From a virus (lineage: Duplodnaviria > Caudoviricetes), in the IMG/VR virus record IMGVR_UViG_3300037991_003291, positions 1-28,430 of that record: a stretch of DNA of 28,430 bases, one strand, 5' to 3'. The notes beneath the pieces are model-generated. The model was not told the DNA's origin, ran no database searches, and was given only the letters and a program-made list of their open reading frames with translations. The translations under genes were made by a program, and so were the position numbers. How positions within the stretch are numbered: the stretch's first letter is position 1; each line of letters begins with the position of its first letter. Below are positions 18,108 to 25,700 of this stretch, one piece after another.

Positions 18108-18345
18108 ATGGGCTGGCAAGTCTTCCGAATTTAAAGTTGGTGTGGTCTGTTCTTACTGTGACTTTCAGGGTTTATGGTATGTAGTATTCCCCGATGGTTC
18201 ATACGAAATAGTGGAACACTACTTAGAGGTACTTATTGACCATGATGAGGTAAAAGAAACTCATAAATCCACTGAAACTGACCCACATGGACTTGAACAA
18301 CATTACTCACAATTAACAAAAATGACAAACATCAAACGAGGATAA
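18067..18345 (+). CDS. hypothetical protein (SH3/KOW-like start MKVGNIVRW)
   Basis: 92 aa; CAACCAAACGAGGATA leader. Confidence 0.7.
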   Translation: MKQRKQMKVGNIVRWAGKSSEFKVGVVCSYCDFQGLWYVVFPDGSYEIVEHYLEVLIDHDEVKETHKSTETDPHGLEQHYSQLTKMTNIKRG

Positions 18346-18350
18346 CAACA

Positions 18351-18668
18351 ATGAAAAATAATTTACCTGAACCAACACCACCACTACCAAAACCACTTCC
18401 AATGGACTGGAGAAGTCAACTTAGACGGCGCATAGAGTCCGACAGCAGAAGTCAATCGCAACTGTCTAGAGACAGTGGAGTATCTAGAGCCAGCATACAG
18501 TTTTATATCAGTGGTGGACGTAGAGAACCGCGTGTCAGCAGTCTGTTTGGATTAATGTCTGCACTATATGGAGAGGATATGGAACACTGGTATGTCTACT
18601 ATTCAGCAATGATAGCCAAGGAAATGATGGATAAGAATAGACAAAAGGAATCAAACCCGTTAAACTGA
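18351..18668 (+). CDS. XRE/Cro-CI-type helix-turn-helix regulator
   Basis: SQSQLSRDSGVSRASIQFYISGGRREPRVSSL. Confidence 0.85.
   Translation: MKNNLPEPTPPLPKPLPMDWRSQLRRRIESDSRSQSQLSRDSGVSRASIQFYISGGRREPRVSSLFGLMSALYGEDMEHWYVYYSAMIAKEMMDKNRQKESNPLN
18638..18666 (+). promoter_or_regulatory. sigma70-like promoter for the candidate sRNA
   Basis: TAGACA (18638-43), 17-nt spacer, TAAACT (18661-66). Confidence 0.55.
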
Positions 18669-18671
18669 TAA

Positions 18672-18741
18672 TGGTTGTATAGGAAATTTTATTTCCCAGT
18701 AGCAGGCTGGTGTTTGTCCTCGGCCTGCTATTGTTTTATTT
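18672..18741 (+). ncRNA. candidate ~70-nt trans-acting sRNA / terminator with anti-RBS loop
   Basis: Hairpin GGAAAT-TTT-ATTTCC; 13-bp stem 18697-18733 with loop GTGTTTGTCCT; T-rich tail; loop complementary to the repeated early-gene RBS. Confidence 0.55.
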
Positions 18742-18758
18742 AGTGATGGTGGTGGTGT

Positions 18759-19094
18759 ATGAATAGTTCCCCATGTGATAGTCTGGGTAGATGGATATCA
18801 CATGCTATAGCACGCAACGGCATCTCCACACACAGGGCAGCTCAGCTAGCTGGACTACACCACAACACATTGAAAACATGCATAGATGGTCAATCATACA
18901 TGCACCTGCTCAACATAGTTGCACTGATAGGTGTCATATCTAAATGTGAGGATAGGTCACCTGCTGAAGTTATGCAGGAGGCTGTGCTGTCCATACGTGA
19001 CATACAGCTCATGGAGCAACGATACAACAACAAAAAGGCTGGAGCCAAAACAGCTCCAGCCAGAGAGAATCAATCTAACAATACAGATGGTTAA
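18759..19094 (+). CDS. second XRE-like helix-turn-helix protein
   Basis: LGRWI..NGISTHRAAQLAGLHHNTLKTCIDG. Confidence 0.7.
   Translation: MNSSPCDSLGRWISHAIARNGISTHRAAQLAGLHHNTLKTCIDGQSYMHLLNIVALIGVISKCEDRSPAEVMQEAVLSIRDIQLMEQRYNNKKAGAKTAPARENQSNNTDG
19032..19061 (-). terminator. intrinsic terminator of the incoming late operon, embedded in the HTH gene
   Basis: Minus strand GGCTGGAGC-TGTTTTG-GCTCCAGCC-TTTTT. Confidence 0.8.
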
Positions 19095-19096
19095 GG

Positions 19097-19273
19097 TTAA
19101 CGCTGTTGTTCGTCAGCGTCAATCAACTCTTTCAAAATTTTATACAACAACTCAAACAAGTCTTGTACAAGCTCTTGACGTTCATCCTGTGTCAATCCAC
19201 CACGTGAGTGTTGGACCAACTTACGAACAAACATTACCAACTCTGGTGTCAATGCTAATAAATCTTGGTTCAT
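19097..19273 (-). CDS. small helical protein (58 aa, absent from the ORF track)
   Basis: MNQDLLALTPELVMFVRKLVQHSRGGLTQDERQELVQDLFELLYKILKELIDADEQQR; ATGA overlap; AGGAGA upstream. Confidence 0.75.
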   Translation of the reverse strand: MNQDLLALTPELVMFVRKLVQHSRGGLTQDERQELVQDLFELLYKILKELIDADEQQR

Positions 19274-19626
19274 CTTCGTCTCCTTCTTACAGGGGTTACT
19301 CTTTTACCACGGCCAACCCTAGACTTCTGACTAACCTTGGAGCGATATTGCCCCTTAGACATCTCAGAACGCGTCTTGGGTGTTTTACTACTAACACGTT
19401 TGGTAGGTCTGCAATATGGTGTACCCTTACGTGCTGTACCACATGGTTTACCTGACTGGTCCTTCCAACTTTCCTTCTGCCAGCGTTTAAGACTGGCACC
19501 CTTCTTACTCTTACGCACCTGTCCTTTCTTCTTGCGACACTTGGCTATGGCCTGTGAGGCACGGGCACTGGGAAAAACTTTGTAGGAACCCTTAACTTTG
19601 TTGTAGCATGCATCTTTCTTAGTCAT
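19270..19626 (-). CDS. highly basic protein (DUF5872-like)
   Basis: KKDACY.KVK..YKVFPSA, LKRW.KE.W and PYCRPTKRVSSKTPKT motifs; Lys/Arg-rich. Confidence 0.75.
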   Translation of the reverse strand: MTKKDACYNKVKGSYKVFPSARASQAIAKCRKKKGQVRKSKKGASLKRWQKESWKDQSGKPCGTARKGTPYCRPTKRVSSKTPKTRSEMSKGQYRSKVSQKSRVGRGKRVTPVRRRRR

Positions 19627-19907
19627 CGTCGCCTACTCTTCTTGCCTACGCACTTCCATTTCTTTCTGGATAGATTGTTCGGACTGTTAGGATTGTTGCG
19701 TTTCTTGGCTGACAAACGCTTTTTGATACCGTAGCTTCTGGCACAGTATGCGTCACCCTTTTTGGTTCCTGCCTGTATACGATCCTTGCCACTCTTTGAC
19801 TTGCCTGCTTGCCCATAGGACACCTTCTTTTTGCGACCAGTCTTTGGATTCTTAACAACCTTGACAAATCTTTTACCCCTAGAAGGTTTGACTTTTTTAC
19901 GTGGCAT
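19623..19907 (-). CDS. highly basic protein (DUF6321-like)
   Basis: KKVSYGQAG..GTKKGDAYCARS..SRKKWKC; Lys/Arg-rich. Confidence 0.7.
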   Translation of the reverse strand: MPRKKVKPSRGKRFVKVVKNPKTGRKKKVSYGQAGKSKSGKDRIQAGTKKGDAYCARSYGIKKRLSAKKRNNPNSPNNLSRKKWKCVGKKSRRR

Positions 19908-20223
19908 TATCGACCCTTATTAATGAAGCTTTGATTTCACTTATTATTGTACTCAATGTTGTGATACTTTGCTCCAATAATGACATTCTTTTGTCTAAAT
20001 TGTTTACATCGTTGACCAGCTCATTTCGTACAGTCTCTTCACGCGTCTGCAAATCTCGAATCACTTGGTCGTATCTGTTGCGCAACTCCTCTTCCTTGCG
20101 CTCCTGCTTTAGTTCGCGCTCGTCTGCTCTTCTCTGCAAATCTTTATTCTGTTGATATAGGAATACAGCAAAGGCCAAGTTGGCTCCGCCACTCATCAAC
20201 ATGTTCATCACTTCTGCTTCCAT
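19897..20223 (-). CDS. putative holin-like protein (BhlA/UviB-like architecture)
   Basis: One short N-terminal hydrophobic segment followed by a coiled coil; start MEAEVMN (GGAG RBS); follows the tail fibre gene. Confidence 0.5.
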   Translation of the reverse strand: MEAEVMNMLMSGGANLAFAVFLYQQNKDLQRRADERELKQERKEEELRNRYDQVIRDLQTREETVRNELVNDVNNLDKRMSLLEQSITTLSTIISEIKASLIRVDNAT

Positions 20224-20233
20224 GATATACTCC

Positions 20234-20273
20234 AAACAACAAAGGGGTCTTACTGATAGTATAGACCCCTTTG
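20234..20273 (-). terminator. intrinsic terminator after the fibre gene
   Basis: CAAAGGGGTCT / AGACCCCTTTG 11-bp stem, then TTGTTT on the minus strand. Confidence 0.7.
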
Positions 20274-20291
20274 GACAGATAGTCTATCAGA

Positions 20292-21914
20292 TTATCCGAA
20301 GAACAATACTGTTACAGTGTCAGTTGACAATGGAGCTGTACCCATTGTGATTTGACCAACACCACCAGTACCACCAGTAGCACTAACTGTATACTGGTCG
20401 GTGCTTGGGGAACTTGCTACTTTCTCAATAGCAACACCGTTCAAGTATACAATAGTACCTGATACTAGTTGAGCATCCACAGCACTAGTCAAGTCAAACG
20501 CAGTTTTAGAACCATTTTGTCCTGACAATGAGATGTACTTTGGAGCAAATGACAACTTGGCACCAGTTACTTGGTCGTCAGCAATAGCAGCTGTTGACAC
20601 ACCATTGGTTGCAATAGCAAGGCCATCAGAACCATTGGTAAGTGAACTACCATCCAACTTGACTTGCAATACACCACCGTTGTCCTGTAGACCATTACCA
20701 GTGTTGAGCTTGTCTGCTGGTATACTCCCAGCAAGTTTACTGTTGGCCACAACGCCATCTGCCAACATTGCAGCATCGTTGATAGCACCGTTTGCTATTT
20801 TTGCTGCTGTCACAGCATCATCAGCCAACTGAGCTGTATCTACTCCAGCATCACTAATCTTAATACCGTTTGAACCAAGAGCAAGTGTAGACCCGTCAAG
20901 ATCAACAGTCAATACTTGTGAACTGAGTGCAAGACCATTTCCAGCAACAGTAGAGGACAAAACCAACTTGCCACCTGATTCAGCAAACGCACTGTCAAGT
21001 TGCAATTTGTCGGCAGGAATACTTCCACTTAACTTTTGTGCTGTAACTGCAGCATCTGCAATCTGTAATGTTCCAACACCTGCAGTGTTAATCTTAAGAC
21101 CATTGGAACCGGTTACCAAACTACTTCCATCTAGGTTGATAGCAAGGTCAGATACAGCAGCAGAACCATTGTATGATGTGATTGTAATACCACCAGTTGC
21201 AGCAGCAGACAAAGCATTCAATGCTCCACCAAGTGATACACCTGAGATAGTGCTGTTTGCAAGCTTATTATTTGCAATGGACCCAGCCAACATATCGTTG
21301 CTAATACCACCGGCTTTAACGCGCAATGCATCTGAATCAATCTCAATAGATGAATCATCTACAGCGACATCCAAACGGTCACCTGTCTTTGTCAGGGCAG
21401 CTCCGGCTTCGAAGGTACTGGCCCCATTATACTGACTGAATGACAAATCGTTTGTACCAACTACAGCAGCTCCTTTGTTGGATGTACATACAAATGGCTT
21501 GTCTCCATTAACAGTACCTTGCTCGATAAACATTGAGTTACCAGCAGCATCACTACCAGCAGCCATGTCCGACGAACGCGACCATGAACCAGCAGCACAA
21601 ATATAAATACCGTTCTCTTTTTTATCTGTCTGCTCTTTTACCAAAACTCTGTCGCCAGCAGATACAGATACACCATCGATGGTCTGTGTACCAGACAGGG
21701 TAATGTTTCCTGTTGTAGCAACTTTACAAGAGTCCTTGGGGTCAAGGCCTGCAGCAACAGTGTCTACATATTCTCGGGTTGCCAAAGCTTTTTCATTGGT
21801 GTCTGATCCAGTATAACGAATCTGACCGGAGAAACTAAAGTTGTCCGATGAATCGAGTTTTGCTGCATCAACTGCATTGTTACGTATTTGTTCTTTCTTA
21901 ATAGTGACTGCCAT
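20292..21914 (-). CDS. tail/head fibre-like protein
   Basis: ATREYVD and KVATTGNITLSGTQTIDGV..GDRVLVK.QT..ENGIY domain; repeated IAD.AVT..KL and LDGSSL..GS.GLKI units. Confidence 0.8.
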   Translation of the reverse strand: MAVTIKKEQIRNNAVDAAKLDSSDNFSFSGQIRYTGSDTNEKALATREYVDTVAAGLDPKDSCKVATTGNITLSGTQTIDGVSVSAGDRVLVKEQTDKKENGIYICAAGSWSRSSDMAAGSDAAGNSMFIEQGTVNGDKPFVCTSNKGAAVVGTNDLSFSQYNGASTFEAGAALTKTGDRLDVAVDDSSIEIDSDALRVKAGGISNDMLAGSIANNKLANSTISGVSLGGALNALSAAATGGITITSYNGSAAVSDLAINLDGSSLVTGSNGLKINTAGVGTLQIADAAVTAQKLSGSIPADKLQLDSAFAESGGKLVLSSTVAGNGLALSSQVLTVDLDGSTLALGSNGIKISDAGVDTAQLADDAVTAAKIANGAINDAAMLADGVVANSKLAGSIPADKLNTGNGLQDNGGVLQVKLDGSSLTNGSDGLAIATNGVSTAAIADDQVTGAKLSFAPKYISLSGQNGSKTAFDLTSAVDAQLVSGTIVYLNGVAIEKVASSPSTDQYTVSATGGTGGVGQITMGTAPLSTDTVTVLFFG

Positions 21915-21923
21915 AATGGACTC

Positions 21924-22184
21924 CTACTTTTCAATAAATATAACGATGAGATTATCATCGCTGGTTGGTGTAAAATCTGTTGAGAATGTTGTTTGTGTGT
22001 CTTCAGTTATCTCGGTTGGAGTTTGCTGTAGACCATTCCAATATACCTGAAGTGTAGAGGCTTTGTATGCCACACTTACTGTAAAACTTTGTGCGCTTCC
22101 GTCACACTGACTAGTAAGGTTTTCTTGTTTAAGATTGACAGAACCGCCCCCACCTTCAGGTTCGAAGGGATTGGCGACTGGCAT
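21924..22184 (-). CDS. small virion protein resembling the fibre C-terminal domain
   Basis: SQCDGSAQSF..LQVYWNG..F...P.SDDNL parallels SGQNGSKTAF..IVYLNG..APLSTDTV of the fibre. Confidence 0.7.
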   Translation of the reverse strand: MPVANPFEPEGGGGSVNLKQENLTSQCDGSAQSFTVSVAYKASTLQVYWNGLQQTPTEITEDTQTTFSTDFTPTSDDNLIVIFIEK

Positions 22185-22633
22185 TACTCAACCCACACAA
22201 TACTACTGTTGGAAAGAGTACAAGTACCTTGGTCAATCTTAATAAATATATAAACCTTATCAAGGTCAACTTGATACAAGTCAAACAATGGTGTAAACAA
22301 TGGCAACTTAAATGAGTATACAGCAACACCACTATTAGTTGTAGTCAGACCCAAAGCCAACTCACCAACAGTATCTGGAAAAAATGTTAAGTCTCCATCT
22401 GCATCGCATGAAGCACGCAACGTAATAGTGGGCGTAGCACTACCACCGGCAATATTTGTAACTCGAATATAGAATCCCTCAACCTTATCTTGAAATGCCT
22501 GACCTTGGTCTAAACTAGATGTGTTGTCTAGCAATGAGTGAACGTGTACCTTCGCCTTGTCAAACGATGTTCCTACATTATTTACAACTTGAGTGACATT
22601 ACTAGGATGATTAAATCTTCCAAACTTTGGCAT
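22184..22633 (-). CDS. hypothetical virion protein
   Basis: 149 aa from MPKFGRF (AGGAGA RBS); beta-rich. Confidence 0.7.
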   Translation of the reverse strand: MPKFGRFNHPSNVTQVVNNVGTSFDKAKVHVHSLLDNTSSLDQGQAFQDKVEGFYIRVTNIAGGSATPTITLRASCDADGDLTFFPDTVGELALGLTTTNSGVAVYSFKLPLFTPLFDLYQVDLDKVYIFIKIDQGTCTLSNSSIVWVE

Positions 22634-22663
22634 ATCTTCTCCTGCTTCTACCGATATGTTTAT

Positions 22664-22710
22664 AAAAGATATCAAGCCCTGCTTTCCGGCAAGATTGTAA
22701 GGGCTTGATA
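22664..22710 (-). terminator. probable terminator after the large virion gene
   Basis: TATCAAGCCCT / AGGGCTTGATA 11-bp inverted repeat with a 19-nt spacer, then TCTTTT on the minus strand. Confidence 0.5.
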
Positions 22711-22768
22711 ATAAAAACCATATGCTGCTATTGCAACATGATAACTATACAAAGATTACAAGGGTTTG

Positions 22769-25700
22769 TCAATCCTCATCTGTATCTTCTGGTTTTTCTT
22801 TGGGTGCATATGCTTCGTCCATTGCCATCTGCTCTGCACGGTTACCAATCTTGCGCAACTGACTAATATGCTTGCCTATGGCCAGTATCTGTTGTTGTGT
22901 TGGAGTTTTCATACGTACAGGTGAATAGAATCCCAAAGCACCACCCAGACGTTCCGCTGGAGACTGGCCCATGTATGAACTACCCTGTGGGTCTAAAGGG
23001 CGAATATATGCATTGAGCAATGAATCAGCACCATAAGTTGCAGCAACAACCCTCCAATTTGTCAAATATACACGTTTTTGTTTCTTATCTTTGAACTCAT
23101 ATAAGTAGCCATTGTAATTACCTGTTGCATTAAAACCTACAAATCTAGGATACACCTGAGTTCCTGTATACTGCTCAATACCTTGTGCAATTTCACTAGG
23201 TGTAGTACCATAAAAACCAAACACCTGAACATGTTTTAATGGTACCTTGTTTCCAAGCCTAGTAAGGTTGGTGTCTAGAAATATATCAGACGCAATTTTT
23301 ATACTTGGATCAAGCATATTTAAAGCATAGTCTCTTACATCTGAATATTCTCTACGGTACAGCGAATCAATCACAGATAAATGAAACTGTATTGCTTCAT
23401 TGGATGGTATACTCATACCCATTTTAAACGATGCATTTCTGCCATCTGGGTCTTGTTGATATCCAAAACGAAGTCTTGGTTGTGCAAACTCAGGAAAGTA
23501 CATCTCGTATGGATATTCTTGATTATCATTCATGTACTGATAAAACTTGTTTGTATCACGAGTAACTTTTGCAACATACATGTATCGCTTCAAAGCATTA
23601 GCATCCAAACCCATGAAAGCTCTAAGCAAGTCAACATTGTTAGCCCATGCAAACGATGTAAATACAAACGCCCCATTTGTATATTTACGCAAAACATCTG
23701 GCATATCATTGTAGTCAAACAATGAACGACTGGCCAACTTTGCAGACTCATCCAAACTGCGACCATCCTTTAATGCGTTAACAAGCACAGCAGACCGAAA
23801 CATCATATCTTGTGCAGTAGCAAAACCAGTTAATGCATCTCCAGCTTTTCCAAGTCCACGAAATATATTCTGTAAAATTAATTTTGCTGTACCACCAATA
23901 CCACCTCTACCCATAGTAGCTAGTCTAATATCTTTCAATAAAGTACCATCACGCAATGCAGACTTAATATACGTGTACTCAGTCTTTGCACCAGTTTTTT
24001 GCAAAGCCTCAAACAAGTCACCATACGTGTACACTCTGCCATCTTGAGTACGCAATGCAACATCAGCATACATTCTCGACCCTTTATTAGAACCTTGTGT
24101 AACTGTAAACCAAGCACGTTTGCCCAATCCAACCAAGTCAGTATCGCGAAACAATTTGCTACTACCGATTGTTTGATATATTAGTGCTGGTGCTGTTACA
24201 GTATTAACCATGTGGTATGCAATCCTCATTCCCAATACACCTGTATAAAACGCTGCTTTTAATACATTTTGAATAAATCCAACAGTGTCATAAAATGTTG
24301 GATTCTCTTTTAATACCTTAGTAATCTCTTGCTGTACAAAACCATATCCACGTTGATCTACAACATCTTTCATTTGTTTAAATAAACTTTCACCTATCAA
24401 AGCCTTAAACAATGTTTCGTTCTCTGGACCAAACAACTGGTCTAGCCTAGTACCAAGTTCTTGAGCGGTAAAATAAGTTTCACTATTTAATAGACGATTG
24501 TTACGCAATACAGTTTCAGATTGATCATACATAGTACGTGCAACGTTATCCATTTGACTTTCTGAAACAACATCGCCTAACTCTTTGCGTATACCTGCTT
24601 TAATAGCATCCAATATCTTATTAAAAGGATTTCCACGATTAGTGTACATTATCTCCGTTGTATATCGTAACAAGTCTGCATATTGCTCTTGTACTATGTT
24701 TAAATCTGGAAATACGTTTACAGCAGAAATCTGTACTAAACTTTCATCAATATCATCGACAATAACTTCTTTGGTAATACGTCGAATTTCTGTAGCCATG
24801 TATGCACCAAGTGAAATCTCAGGCATTATTGTTTCCAATGGTACCCCTTTACCTAAGATAATAGCATCGGCTTCATACGCAACGTTACGAACAAGTCCTT
24901 CTATAAGATCTCCAGAATCATCCATATATGAAACCCTACCATTTGGGTCTTTAAGCAAGCGACTTAACTCTTGGATTAAGTCCTGATAGTTTTGCCAAAA
25001 GTTCTTTGGGTTGTCAATAAGGTCTTCAACAAAATCGTCTACTAGTTTGTTACGATACAATATACCAATGTGACTAAATACATCATTAGCAAGCAACTTA
25101 TCAAAACCTGAAACTATATCTTCAGAAGACGTAGACTTTGCAATCTTTGTGTCTACATGAGTAAACATCTGATCTGTCATCCATAGAATCGCATCACCAA
25201 TATTGTTTCGTTTACTAAAGTTGCCTATTAAATCTTGTGGGTCACCAATAATCATCTGGGCCAAAGCTTCTTCCGCTTCTAAACCATTGTCTATTAGTCG
25301 TCTATATTCACGTTCTGCACGCAGTTCTAAGTTTCCTATTTGACCATCAATTTTACGCAAAATACGATTGGCACGAATCCCTAAAGACTTTCGTACTTTT
25401 ACCTGTGGTTCCATTACTTTAGCAAGTGTTTGACGACCTTTGCTCTTAAAAACCTTGTTGCTCATTTTATCAAATGCAGTTCTAATAGTACTACCAATAA
25501 AATTGGTTTTTGCTTTTCTAGCAGCAGTGTCTGCAGCTTCCAACAACTTTTGCTGCTCTTGGTTGGCCAGACGATTAATGTCATCCAAAGTAGCTACGCG
25601 ACCATCTGTTAGCAATGCGCGCTCTGTATTTAAGTCAACAATTTTATTTAAATCGTCAGAGTATATTTTGTTGTTCTCGATACTATCTGCAATACGCATG

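Noticed and set aside
19039-19059. Extra CTGGAGC copies
   Set aside because: They form the terminator stem, so they were excluded from the polarised-motif count.
18931-19455. 174-aa plus-strand ORF
   Set aside because: It is a shadow of the minus-strand 58-aa and basic-protein genes, which have proper RBSs and overlaps.
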